Shown piece after piece: positions 1-9,455 of a stretch of DNA of 64,000 nt. The notes beneath the pieces are model-generated. The model was not told the origin of the DNA, ran no database searches, and was given only the letters and a program-made list of their open reading frames with translations. The position numbers and the translations under genes are program-made. The stretch's first letter is position 1. Every line of letters starts with the position of its first letter. The stretch is from Candidatus Latescibacterota bacterium (lineage in GTDB: Bacteria > Latescibacterota > UBA2968): assembly GCA_965205975.1 (NCBI GenBank), contig OZ242195.1, forward strand, positions 3,840,001 to 3,904,000, in the 5' to 3' direction.

Positions 1-61
1 GAAATGGACTTTTGTGGTGCATTGATAAGCTATAAATTGGGCTGTCCCCAAGGAGGAGTCC

Positions 62-370
62 ATGTCGAAGAAGCGTAAGCAATATTCTCCCGAAGAGAAG
101 GTGTCGATTTTGCGTCGTCATCTGTTAGATGGCGTGCCCGTGTCAGATTTGTGTGATGCACACGGGATTCACCCGACGATGTTCTACCAGTGGCAGAAGG
201 TGTTTTTCGAGCAAGGTACCTCAGCCTTTGCGCCAAAGCAGAGTGTGCATGAGAAACAGCAGGCGAGAAAGATTGCTGTCTTAGAGGCCAAATTGGCAAC
301 AAAGAACGAAGTGTTGTCAGAACTGATGGAAGAGCACATTTTTCTAAAAAAAAGTCTTGGGGAGACCTGA
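62..370 (+). CDS. IS3 transposase OrfA (HTH)
   Basis: 'KRKQYSPEEKVSILRRHL...VSDLCDAHGIHPTMFYQWQK' HTH_Tnp_1-like; SD AGGAGG upstream. Confidence 0.9.
   Translation: MSKKRKQYSPEEKVSILRRHLLDGVPVSDLCDAHGIHPTMFYQWQKVFFEQGTSAFAPKQSVHEKQQARKIAVLEAKLATKNEVLSELMEEHIFLKKSLGET
346..354 (+). promoter_or_regulatory. Programmed -1 frameshift slippery site (A8G)
   Basis: CTAAAAAAAAGTC at the orfA/orfB overlap. Confidence 0.8.
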
Positions 371-405
371 GTCAACGTCCGATTTCGAGGGTCATTCGCG
401 ATGCG

Positions 406-1338
406 GTGATTGATTTTGTGGTCCATTGGCACAAGCAAACCGGTATCTTTATCGGTCAGTTTTTATCCTTATTAGGGTTATCTACAAGCACATATTATGA
501 CTGGAAAGCCCGGTATGGTGCGCCCAATGGCACTTATGGGTCACTGCCCAAGAGTTCCTGGCTCTTGGACTGGGAGAAGCAAGCCATTATCACTTATGCC
601 ATAGCGCACCCCGACCAGGGGTATCGTCGTTTGGCGTATCAGATGATAGATGAAGATGTTGTAGCTGTTTCACCCAGTAGCGTGTATCGCGTGCTCAAAG
701 GCGCCGATCTGCTTAGTCGAACTTTAAAAAAGGTCTCAAAGAAGGGGACAGGATTTGACCAGCCAACACGGGCACACCAGCACTGGCATGTGGATGTATC
801 CTATTTGAATATCTGCGGGACCTTCTACTACTTATGTGCCCTTTTAGATGGCTATAGTCGCTTTCTCGTCCATTTTGAGATTCGAGAAGCGATGCGAGAA
901 GCAGATGTCGAGATCATTATTCAAAGAGGCAGAGAAAAGTTCCCCAACGTCAGGCCGCGTATCATCTCGGACAATGGTCCACAGTTTATTGCCCTTGCCT
1001 TCAAGTCTTTTATCAGACACTGTGGGATGACCCATGTGCGCACTTCGCCGTTTTATCCGCAATCCAATGGCAAGATCGAGCGGTGGCACCAGTCGCTCAA
1101 GCGCGAGTGTATTCGTCCCAAAACACCGACGAATTTGGAGGAGGCGCGAGAAGTGGTTGCCAGATTTGTCGCGCATTACAACCACAAGAGATACCACGCC
1201 AGCATCGGGTATATCGCGCCTGTTGATAAACTGTGTGGTCGAGCACCACTTATTTTTCGAGAACGAAAACGCAAGTTGGCGCAAGCAAAATGCTTGCGTG
1301 CCCAACTCAGAGCCGTCAAACCCGTTGCCCATTTGTAG
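406..1338 (+). CDS. IS3 transposase OrfB (DDE/rve), probably expressed as an OrfAB fusion by -1 frameshift
   Basis: WHVDVSY, ISDNGPQF and PQSNGKIERWH motifs; -1 frame relative to orfA and open from about 352. Confidence 0.92.
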   Translation: MIDFVVHWHKQTGIFIGQFLSLLGLSTSTYYDWKARYGAPNGTYGSLPKSSWLLDWEKQAIITYAIAHPDQGYRRLAYQMIDEDVVAVSPSSVYRVLKGADLLSRTLKKVSKKGTGFDQPTRAHQHWHVDVSYLNICGTFYYLCALLDGYSRFLVHFEIREAMREADVEIIIQRGREKFPNVRPRIISDNGPQFIALAFKSFIRHCGMTHVRTSPFYPQSNGKIERWHQSLKRECIRPKTPTNLEEAREVVARFVAHYNHKRYHASIGYIAPVDKLCGRAPLIFRERKRKLAQAKCLRAQLRAVKPVAHL

Positions 1339-1343
1339 CTTAA

Positions 1344-2210
1344 CTACAACACCCAAAATTCCAATTTACTTTGAACCATTACATTCACGGGTGCAACAAA
1401 TGGCGTATCGTCGGATTCGGAAACTGTCATTTCTTCCTTTTCTTTTTCCTCCGTGGCTTCGTCCACAGCTACCGCAGAAACTACCTTAGCCGTCTCCAGT
1501 ACCGTAATGTAGGCATGTCGGTCAGTTCCATAGAGGAGCTGGCTGGGCTCGAGGCGCAGTTCGATAGCATCTTCTGGCGATCCTGTCGTGACAGAGAACA
1601 CGATAATTGGCCTGTCACCCTCTTCGTCAACCCGGACCCACACGCTTGCGTGTCGGTCAATGCGATCATTGTAGTGCTGGAAGGTCTCGTAGGATTCGTG
1701 TGTTGAGGACAGATCGGGATCCTTTCCCTCCAGTGCATTCAGCAAGATGCCCAGGATCGCATCGCCCACATGTAAGAAAGCCCGGGTGTAGTCAATCGTC
1801 AGGGAATCCAAGAAACCAAGCTTCCCATGAGCAACTGGACCAGTATCATTGCGCATCTTACTCAAGGCATCCGACAGTTTGGTGAATCCTGATAACACCG
1901 CGCCAAGTTTCGTCGCGCGTTTCTTCTTACTCAGCCCGAGGGCGTCAAGTGCCGCCACGAGTAGTTGGGTTGAGGTAGAGGTATTGGATGGCTCCGGGCG
2001 ACCAAACTCTATCAGAATTGTACGGCATACGCTCTCGATGAAAGACTTAACATGCTCGATCAATCCATGTGCGTTGTCGTAGAAGCATATAGCTAACGCG
2101 TCGTAACCATCTGCCAATGTCGGGGCATCAGGCCATCGCTGTTGTGAACGACGATAGTTGGGTGCAAGTGTATCGAGATTGTTCATTATTTTTTGCCTCT
2201 CAGAAATCAT
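1344..2210 (-). CDS. Abortive infection (Abi_C-like) protein, 3' end disrupted by IS3
   Basis: 'KSFIESVCRTIL' and 'MRNDTGPVAHGK' motifs; the last ~12 codons are read from the IS end; ATGA overlap with hsdS. Confidence 0.7.
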   Translation of the reverse strand: MISERQKIMNNLDTLAPNYRRSQQRWPDAPTLADGYDALAICFYDNAHGLIEHVKSFIESVCRTILIEFGRPEPSNTSTSTQLLVAALDALGLSKKKRATKLGAVLSGFTKLSDALSKMRNDTGPVAHGKLGFLDSLTIDYTRAFLHVGDAILGILLNALEGKDPDLSSTHESYETFQHYNDRIDRHASVWVRVDEEGDRPIIVFSVTTGSPEDAIELRLEPSQLLYGTDRHAYITVLETAKVVSAVAVDEATEEKEKEEMTVSESDDTPFVAPVNVMVQSKLEFWVL

Positions 2211-3508
2211 ACACTCTCTACTCGGAGTTCACCGGAAATGAGCTTGGGCAACAGCGCGTCACGCTGAGCGGCGAGAGTGCGGGCTTCTGCCGTGTTAGAT
2301 CGAATATGTTTATCCCACGATAGTGCTATTGATCCGAACTCTCTAACTACTTCGGACATTGGTTCTATCGTTTTCAAAGATTCGAATTGCGTTTTGTTGA
2401 TAGCACCGAACACTGTTCCCATATGCTCATACTGTTGAAGCTCTCGCTGTATTGCCCAAGCAAAATGGTATGTGTATGAACTCGAACCAGATTTGTGTCG
2501 TAGGGCTGCCACGCCACGTCCAATACAACACTGCTCCCAAGCCATGTTGATGTCTCCAACTGGTGCTCTGACACTAATCAGCGTATCGTTCGGTTCAGCA
2601 ACGCGGGTTGGAGCGGTACAGTATCTCCGTTTTTCGGGATAACGGAATCCAAAATCAGTTCGACCCTGGAAGAAAGGCATTCCTTCAGCGTGCTCATTAT
2701 AGGTGCTGCCAGGCGGTGATTGACCCATTGTAAGGTTGAAGCAATCGCCAAGTGCCTTCACCTCCCACCCTTCCGGTATCAGTCCCAATTCCGAGTCCAC
2801 GAGGCGGTCGGGAAATAGGTCGGCGAGGTGTTTTGGCAGACCGGGATCGCGGTCTTCCATTTTTGCGCGGACGGGGTCGAAATCGACGAACCACGATTTG
2901 AACAGGGCGCGGGCCATCTCTTCCAGCGTTTCGTTCATGCGGCGGTTTAACTCAATCTTGTCATCCAGTGTGCCGAGGATGTGGGCGATGGCGCGTTGTT
3001 CGGCTACGTCCATTGGTGCTTGTACATCGAATGATTCGATCATGCCCTTAGTCAGAGCATTTCTTGTTCCGCCAGAACCTGCCCATGACAAGAGCGTTGC
3101 CTGTATTTCGGGACTCACAAGAAAATAGCGCAGAAAGCGTGGCGACAGCTTATTTGGGTCCGGACGGATGATCGCGACGTGCTGATTCACGCGCGCTGGA
3201 AGTACATCTGGTGCAACCTGACATACCCGAGCTACCGAATCCCCAGTAATATTGAGCAAAACATCGTCAGCAAAGACCTCAACATTTTTTAGTTCAGTCG
3301 CCTGTTGCTGGTTGATAAACGCCAAACCATCATAACTGAATCCATTGTTGTAAACGTTTTGGCTTCTGATCAGCGCATAAGGCCCTTCCACCAAATAGAC
3401 CTCTTTTCCACCGCGCGGGGTCGCACCACTTCCAATTTTTGTACAAACGTCACCGAGACGCCGTGATACCCAACCATCATTCATCATAACCAACTCTTTC
3501 CTTATCAT
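2207..3508 (-). CDS. hsdS: Type I restriction-modification specificity subunit
   Basis: Two TRDs; 'EQRAIAHILGTLDDKIELNRRMNETLEEMARALFKSWF', 'IPEGWEV', 'RDALLPKLISGELRV'. Confidence 0.95.
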   Translation of the reverse strand: MIRKELVMMNDGWVSRRLGDVCTKIGSGATPRGGKEVYLVEGPYALIRSQNVYNNGFSYDGLAFINQQQATELKNVEVFADDVLLNITGDSVARVCQVAPDVLPARVNQHVAIIRPDPNKLSPRFLRYFLVSPEIQATLLSWAGSGGTRNALTKGMIESFDVQAPMDVAEQRAIAHILGTLDDKIELNRRMNETLEEMARALFKSWFVDFDPVRAKMEDRDPGLPKHLADLFPDRLVDSELGLIPEGWEVKALGDCFNLTMGQSPPGSTYNEHAEGMPFFQGRTDFGFRYPEKRRYCTAPTRVAEPNDTLISVRAPVGDINMAWEQCCIGRGVAALRHKSGSSSYTYHFAWAIQRELQQYEHMGTVFGAINKTQFESLKTIEPMSEVVREFGSIALSWDKHIRSNTAEARTLAAQRDALLPKLISGELRVESV

Positions 3509-3511
3509 CCT

Positions 3512-3817
3512 CTAAGCCATCACTTGCCGAGGTTTCACGCGCTCAGCAATGCGCTCGCCCACATCGATCTCAGCTTGACGAAGCTCGTAGGTCTTCTGCA
3601 GGTTCAGCCAGACCTGCGGCGGCGTCCCAAAATAGCGTGCTAACCTGAGTGCAATATCAGCGGTTACACTCTGCTGACCATTGAGGATCGCAGTGACGCA
3701 GCCTGGCGACACGTCCAGTGCGTTAGCCAGTACGTTAGCTGACAGGCCGAGTGTTTCGAGTTCCTCGCCCAATATCTCACCAGGATGCACAGGTCTCATA
3801 CCGTTTTTCACATTCAA
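3512..3817 (-). CDS. higA: HigA-family antitoxin (HTH), no adjacent toxin
   Basis: 'MRPVHPGEIL...TADIALRLARYFGTPPQVWLNLQKTYEL'. Confidence 0.9.
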   Translation of the reverse strand: MNVKNGMRPVHPGEILGEELETLGLSANVLANALDVSPGCVTAILNGQQSVTADIALRLARYFGTPPQVWLNLQKTYELRQAEIDVGERIAERVKPRQVMA

Positions 3818-3835
3818 GTTCTTACTCCCTGATTG

Positions 3836-5398
3836 CTATAGCTCATTGGGTGCCCCAAATCCGAGCGTCTTCAGATTTTCGTCAATCGCAGCATCCAGCC
3901 TATTCGCCTCGGCCTGTTGCTCTTGCCATTGCGCGACCAGACGCTTCATCTTCTCCTCAAAAGGCTCGCCATCGTCCTCTTGCGGCTCGGCACCCACATA
4001 GCGACCGGGCGTGAGTATATGACTGTGCCGACGAACTTCCTCCAGCGCAGCACCCTTGCAAAAACCGGGCACATCGTCATAATCCACACCAGACCGCCAT
4101 GCGTGGTAAGTGTCCGAAATACGGGCAATATCCTCCTCTGCCAATTCCCGTTGCGTGCGATCTACCATATACCCCAGCTTGCGCGCATCGATAAACAGGA
4201 CCTCACCCCGACGATCGCGGAATCTTCCATTATGCCGGTCACGCGCCAGAAACCAGAGACACGCGGGAATCTGTGTCGATCTGAAAAGCTGCCCCGGCAA
4301 AGCCACCATACAATCCACCAGATCCGCCTCAATCAAATTCTTGCGTATCTCGCCCTCACCGGACTGATTGGACGACATCGAGCCATTAGCCAGCACAAAA
4401 CCCGCTGTACCAGTAGGCGAAAGATGATGCACAATATGTTGCACCCACGCAAAATTGGCATTCCGCACAGGCGGTACGCCATACTGCCAGCGCTGATCCT
4501 CGTGCAACCGATCACCACCCCAATCCGAAACATTAAACGGAGGATTGGCGAGAATATAATCCGCCCGCATATCGGGATAGCGGTCATTGTGAAACGTATC
4601 CCCGTGCGCGATCTGGCCTTCGATCCCCCGAATCGCCAGATTCATCCTCGCCAATCGCCACGTCGTATAATTAGACTCCTGTCCATAAATAGAAATATCA
4701 GCCCGCGCAGTGCCACCATTGCCATTCCCGCTCTGATGCGCCTGAATAAACGCGATAGACTGCACGAACATACCCGAAGAACCACAACACGGATCATAGA
4801 CGCGCCCGTTATACGGTTCTAACATCTCCACCAGCAAATTCACCACACAGCGCGGCGTATAAAACTCGCCCCCCTTGCGCCCTTCAGCCAGAGCAAACTG
4901 ACTCAAAAAATATTCATAAACCTGGCCCAACACATCCTGAGCACGCGCCTCTGAATCGCCAATATCAATATTGCTGATCAAGTCAATAACCTGACCCAGA
5001 CGGGTCTGATCCAATGCCTCTCGGGCATAATCCTTGGGCAGCACATTCTTCAATGCCTCATTATCGCGCTCAATAGCCACCATCGCGTCATCCACCTTTT
5101 GTCCAATTGTCGATTGCCTTGCAGCAGCCTGAAGAATCGCCCAGCGCGCCTCGGGTGGCACCCAGAAAATATTCTGAGCGCGGTACTCATCCGGATCCTC
5201 GGGATCAGCACCCTCATCCCGCTCCAACTCCAATTGCGCGTGCGCTTCCTGGAAAGCATCGGAAATATACTTCAGAAAAATCAGACCGAGCACAACATGC
5301 TTGTACTCCGCAGCATCCATACTGCCGCGCAATGCATCGGCCATCAGCCACAATTCCGCCTCGTAATTAGCAGGTCTATCAGCACTTGTTTTCGTCAT
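3836..5398 (-). CDS. hsdM: Type I restriction-modification N6-adenine methyltransferase
   Basis: [16 protein letters not shown] and ANPPFN motifs. Confidence 0.96.
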   Translation of the reverse strand: MTKTSADRPANYEAELWLMADALRGSMDAAEYKHVVLGLIFLKYISDAFQEAHAQLELERDEGADPEDPDEYRAQNIFWVPPEARWAILQAAARQSTIGQKVDDAMVAIERDNEALKNVLPKDYAREALDQTRLGQVIDLISNIDIGDSEARAQDVLGQVYEYFLSQFALAEGRKGGEFYTPRCVVNLLVEMLEPYNGRVYDPCCGSSGMFVQSIAFIQAHQSGNGNGGTARADISIYGQESNYTTWRLARMNLAIRGIEGQIAHGDTFHNDRYPDMRADYILANPPFNVSDWGGDRLHEDQRWQYGVPPVRNANFAWVQHIVHHLSPTGTAGFVLANGSMSSNQSGEGEIRKNLIEADLVDCMVALPGQLFRSTQIPACLWFLARDRHNGRFRDRRGEVLFIDARKLGYMVDRTQRELAEEDIARISDTYHAWRSGVDYDDVPGFCKGAALEEVRRHSHILTPGRYVGAEPQEDDGEPFEEKMKRLVAQWQEQQAEANRLDAAIDENLKTLGFGAPNEL

Positions 5399-5445
5399 CC
5401 TTTACTCCTTTTCACCTGTTGAAACCATGGCTGTTAGCGATCAGC

Positions 5446-5507
5446 GGGCGGGCACAGGGGCCCGCCCCTACAATCTGGATCGCGGCTCAACACCATGCCG
5501 CGATGAC
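5446..5507. repeat. REP-like cluster (GGGCG...CGCCCCTAC hairpin + CTGGATCGCGG...CCGCGATGAC element)
   Basis: Same elements recur near 7362, 8375, 25015, 33905, 49900, 50708, 52650, 53275 and 56860. Confidence 0.85.
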
Positions 5508-5556
5508 AAGAGATGCTCGTCACGCCTCTGTGTTATTCCTATTGTCACATTGATAA

Positions 5557-7296
5557 TTACGGCTTAAGCGGCTGATACTCGACCAGTGCTGATCGGCCTA
5601 AGATATCGATAATGCGAACAAGCATCTCTGTTCCTTCCGCATCTGTCAGTCGCAGGTCTTCACCGGGAAGGAAGTGAACCGGTTGCTGCTCGCCCTGATT
5701 AATGGCGATGTTGGAGGCGTACAGGTAGGTTCTATCGAGTGTATCGCGTTTGGGATTCAGCCTGCCCTTGAGTCCCGGAAGGGAACCAGTCGCCTCTGGA
5801 AAAATGATTGCACCGCCGCCGGGAAGTGGCTTCATTTCAACAGCGAGCACACCTCCTGAGGGCATCCACTCTTGTTCGCAGTGCGCGGCAAAGCCGTGGG
5901 CAGCGACGAACACAGTCATCGGCAAATCAACCGTATGCAGGCCAACAATGGCCTCGCCCAGCGTATCCGTCTTAGCTTGTCTCCAGGTCTTGTTTGGGAA
6001 CAGCACCAGTACCTCCGCATCGGCAAGCGGCTGGTCATCGGCACGCACGGTAATGAGCACGCGGGCTGGACTCGGCTCGGTAGAGGCCGCCGGTAGCGTA
6101 ACGCGAAGATCCGCTCCCCCAACCAGATCGAACCGCGGCAAACGCCCGGCGAGTTCGCGTGTTTCTCTCCGGATGATAGGGACACCATCGCCGCGTCGCT
6201 CCATGATGAAAAGCCGACCACCAACTCCCTGAATACCACTTGTCGGCATCCGCCCCAGAACCGAGGCAAGCACCTCGTTGCGCGTCGCCTGCCGATATTC
6301 CAACTCATCTACTGTCAGACGATTGGCTAATGCACCCGGCGACTGGATTTCCACCCGGTCAGCGAACATCGACAAACGAATCCGGCTACCGCGTATCGAA
6401 TAGTCGCGATGGACCACGGCATTGACGAGAGCCTCGAACAGAGCTTCTGCGCTGTACTGCGGCAAATCCATGCGGGCCGGATCTTTGTAGGCACCGACGC
6501 GCATATTACGCACGGCAAAGGCGACCGCTTCGGCAATTTGTCGGTTGAGAGGCCCAGTAATCGTCTGGGTGTCGAGTTGCCCGGAGGCGCGATCAATACC
6601 TCGGTAATGGGTGGCCGTGATGCAGGCATTGGGAAGCCATTCCTCCGGGGTATGGCTGCAAAAGAGAAGGCCAGCGACAGTCGCTCGCACTACACCGTGT
6701 TCGTCCTGTCCAAGAAGGCCCATTTTTTCCAATGCTGTTTCCGGATCGTCCCTGCCTTCAACACTCAACAACGGTTTCCACAGGGCTTCGTCCAGCGTAC
6801 CCAATCCGGTATCGGGCACCGGCTGCTTGTCGAACCAGAGGAACCTCGCCTGCCCCCGCTGCTGCGCCAGACGCAGTCGCTCATCGCTCGTCATCCTCCG
6901 TTTTGACCCGCCTACCCGAACATAACTACCACCCGGACTATCATGCTGCGATTCTCCCTGCGGCACTTCAACCAGCAGCAACCGCTTGCCATCCAGTTCT
7001 CTGTGATAGGTACTAATGCGAACCGCCGGTTTGATAGCATCGGAACTAACCTCAACCAGAACAGCATCCAGCGCGACGATTTGTTCACGCGACAGGCCCT
7101 GAATCTCACCTTCATCAGTGACCCCACAGAGCAACACGCCGCCATTCGCGTTGGCAAAAGCCGCGATCTCATCGGCCAGATCATCGCGTCGGGGACTTGT
7201 GGGCCGGTTCCCGGAAAACGCGATCTGCTTAAATTCCCATTGGCTGTCCTCGGCCAGTCGCAGTTGGCGCGCAATATCCTGGTCGCTATAGTTCAT
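5557..7296 (-). CDS. Schlafen/AlbA_2 + HATPase_c_4 protein with a beta-rich C-terminal extension
   Basis: 'EDSQWEFK', 'IAAFANANGGVLLCGVTDEG', 'EALVNAVVHRDYS', 'VEIQSPG', 'RNEVLA', 'MERRGDG'; start at MNYSD after GGAGG. Confidence 0.8.
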   Translation of the reverse strand: MNYSDQDIARQLRLAEDSQWEFKQIAFSGNRPTSPRRDDLADEIAAFANANGGVLLCGVTDEGEIQGLSREQIVALDAVLVEVSSDAIKPAVRISTYHRELDGKRLLLVEVPQGESQHDSPGGSYVRVGGSKRRMTSDERLRLAQQRGQARFLWFDKQPVPDTGLGTLDEALWKPLLSVEGRDDPETALEKMGLLGQDEHGVVRATVAGLLFCSHTPEEWLPNACITATHYRGIDRASGQLDTQTITGPLNRQIAEAVAFAVRNMRVGAYKDPARMDLPQYSAEALFEALVNAVVHRDYSIRGSRIRLSMFADRVEIQSPGALANRLTVDELEYRQATRNEVLASVLGRMPTSGIQGVGGRLFIMERRGDGVPIIRRETRELAGRLPRFDLVGGADLRVTLPAASTEPSPARVLITVRADDQPLADAEVLVLFPNKTWRQAKTDTLGEAIVGLHTVDLPMTVFVAAHGFAAHCEQEWMPSGGVLAVEMKPLPGGGAIIFPEATGSLPGLKGRLNPKRDTLDRTYLYASNIAINQGEQQPVHFLPGEDLRLTDAEGTEMLVRIIDILGRSALVEYQPLKP

Positions 7297-7459
7297 CGGG
7301 CACCTCCAAAATTGGCACTCGTTTTCGTCATCGGTTAGCTGCTCGGGACGGTCAAAAATCACTGGATCGCGGCTCAACATCATACCGCGATGACGGGACG
7401 GCACAGGGGCCGTCCCCTACGACGGGGTACAAACCGTTCTTTACGCTCAGGTCTTAGCC

Positions 7460-8290
7460 TTATTCTCTCTTCACCTGCGGCTCTCTCGAGAGCGGAACCT
7501 GCGGTTGCACAATGCGGCGGCGTTGGGGGGTGAGGCGTTCCAGCAACTCTGGCGACGGCTGGTATCCGTGCCGGAAATTCCCCCACGAAGGCCCGTAGCG
7601 ATACACCGCGATACGCCGCGTCCCCGCATTCATCCGCTTTGCCGACCCGTGTGAAAGTCCATCTACAAAAACGAGCGCATCGCCCGCCTTCATAAACACC
7701 TCAATCGCGCCCACCGTACCCTCCACAGACCTGTCCTCTCCCATCCTCTGCTCATCGTAAAACGGATGCCTGAAATTCGCCTTGTGGCTCCCCGGAATCA
7801 ACATCGTCCCGCCATCGCCCGGACCGATATCCGTCAGCGCCATCAGCACATTGACCTGCCCGCACATAAACCGCCCCCCATGATACCGAAACTGATTCCT
7901 CATAATCGGCGGAAACCCACCCGAATGCAACCCAATCGCCTCGCCCGGCTCGCGAAAATTGGCCAAACACTCATCGATAAACATAGGCCCGTGATGGTGA
8001 TCAAACGTCCCCTCCGCCCCGATAAAAAGCTTCACATGCTCAAACCACGACGGATGATCAATCAGCTTCTCAAACGGCTCGCCCGCCTCGTAAATCTGTT
8101 GATAATTGATCCCCGACGTCACATCGCCATACGCATGACCCTGAACATACCCATACCACTCCCCCGGCTTCAGCGCGGGAATCTCATCCAAACAACCGTT
8201 CAACGCCTGAACCTCATCCGTCGTCAGCGCCCCCTCCATAAGCAGGTACCCGCGCAGGTCAAACAAATAAACATCGAGATCTGGAACCAT
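7460..8290 (-). CDS. PhyH-family Fe(II)/2OG oxygenase (H-S-G motif)
   Basis: 'YLFDLRGYL', 'ALTDIGPGDGGTMLIPGSHK', 'KAGDALVF..LSHGS'. Confidence 0.85.
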   Translation of the reverse strand: MVPDLDVYLFDLRGYLLMEGALTTDEVQALNGCLDEIPALKPGEWYGYVQGHAYGDVTSGINYQQIYEAGEPFEKLIDHPSWFEHVKLFIGAEGTFDHHHGPMFIDECLANFREPGEAIGLHSGGFPPIMRNQFRYHGGRFMCGQVNVLMALTDIGPGDGGTMLIPGSHKANFRHPFYDEQRMGEDRSVEGTVGAIEVFMKAGDALVFVDGLSHGSAKRMNAGTRRIAVYRYGPSWGNFRHGYQPSPELLERLTPQRRRIVQPQVPLSREPQVKRE

Positions 8291-8374
8291 CGTCACGCTC
8301 CTTGTCAATATTAGCTATGCATATCGCAAGTTATGATAAACTTTTAGGCTATGAAAAGCCATAGCATTTTTGGC

Positions 8375-8511
8375 GGGCGACCACAGGGGGTCGCCCCTAC
8401 AATCTGGATCGCGGCTAACACAATGCCGCGATGACGGGCGACCACAGGGGGTCGCCCCTACAACAACGGGTGGACAGGGCATACGTACGGGCGAGGCATG
8501 CCTCGCCCCTA
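8375..8511. repeat. REP-like (BIME-like) cluster of four elements
   Basis: GGGCGACCACAGGGGGTCGCCCCTAC x2, one GATCGCGG..CCGCGATGAC, one GGGCGAGGCATGCCTCGCCCCTAC. Confidence 0.88.
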
Positions 8512-8589
8512 CCAGCGTAATATTCTTTCTTGCTTCATTCTCATTCAAACCATATAATTTGGAAACACAGTAAAAATGGACATACAACT

Positions 8590-9441
8590 ATGGAACAACA
8601 AAACCCCAAAAACATGCGTGAACGCACACCTGAAACCATGCGCGGTGAAGAAACCGAAGAAGAGCAGATCATCGAGGAAGAAACCCTTGAAGAATCGCAA
8701 CCTCTGCTCGAAGAACGGCTCACCTTGCGAAAACCGCTCGGCATATTATTTGACCTGGGCGACACCCTCTTGACATACATCAAATTCGACCCAGAAGCCG
8801 GGCATGCAGCCACACTTAACATCGCCAACAACCCATTGGGTTACACAGTCGCAGACATTGACAACCACATAAAAAGACTCAACCGCGACCTCATACCCCG
8901 CAGAGAAAAAGCACGAGTAGAATTTCACCCCCACATCATCCAGCGTCACGTCTATGAAGCCCTGCACATCACCTTTGACCGCACCCCTGAAGAAGTCGAA
9001 CGCGTATTCTGGCGCGCGGCAACATCCTGGCAGCCCGAACCGGGCATAGAATACGTCCTCGAAATATTGCGAAACAAAAACATCCCAATGGGCATCGTCA
9101 GCAACGCCGCATTTTGCGGCAACACATTGATGTGGGAAATCGAACAACAGGGCCTCGCGGACTACTTCCGCTTCCTCATGTCCAGCGCCGACTACTGGGT
9201 ACGCAAACCCCATCCCCTCCTATTGGAAACCGCCGCCGCCAAACTCGGATACAAACCCGCCGACATATGGTATGTGGGCAACTCGCCGCAATACGATATC
9301 GCAGCCGCGCACAACGCCGGCATGGGCGCCGTATGGTACAACCGCCTGGACGACCCCCTCGATGGACCCGACCCCCATGTCGAAATCAAAAGCTGGCGCG
9401 AATTTTTAGAATTGGTCGAAGGCTTTTATTTGAAAATATAA
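8590..9441 (+). CDS. HAD-superfamily hydrolase
   Basis: FDLGDTL, VSN, RKP, 'YVGNSPQYDI..AHNAGM'. Confidence 0.88.
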   Translation: MEQQNPKNMRERTPETMRGEETEEEQIIEEETLEESQPLLEERLTLRKPLGILFDLGDTLLTYIKFDPEAGHAATLNIANNPLGYTVADIDNHIKRLNRDLIPRREKARVEFHPHIIQRHVYEALHITFDRTPEEVERVFWRAATSWQPEPGIEYVLEILRNKNIPMGIVSNAAFCGNTLMWEIEQQGLADYFRFLMSSADYWVRKPHPLLLETAAAKLGYKPADIWYVGNSPQYDIAAAHNAGMGAVWYNRLDDPLDGPDPHVEIKSWREFLELVEGFYLKI

Positions 9442-9455
9442 AGGAGAGAACCACG

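Larger units (their letters stand above)
1..1383 (+). mobile_element. IS3-family insertion sequence (left end cut by the window edge)
   Basis: orfA/orfB pair. The right end ...CCAAAATTCCAATTTACTTTGAACCATTACA ends in CA at 1383, and its reverse complement resembles the window start GAAATGGACTTTTGTGGTG (partial left IR). Confidence 0.9.

Noticed and set aside
5446..5507. Integron attC sites
   Set aside because: The repeats lack the RYYYAAC/GTTRRRY box architecture, lie between core genes, and no intI is present.
7297..7404. N-terminal extensions in the ORF track (also 9114-9455, 16977-17129, 32204-32299, 48531-48686)
   Set aside because: They run through REP repeats or neighbouring genes; better starts, mostly SD-supported, lie downstream.
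8315..8587. Small ORFs made of REP sequence (also 33867-34151, 53257-53952, 62490-62693)
   Set aside because: The translations (GARHASP, GATPCGRP, ICVHL) are just the repeat motifs.
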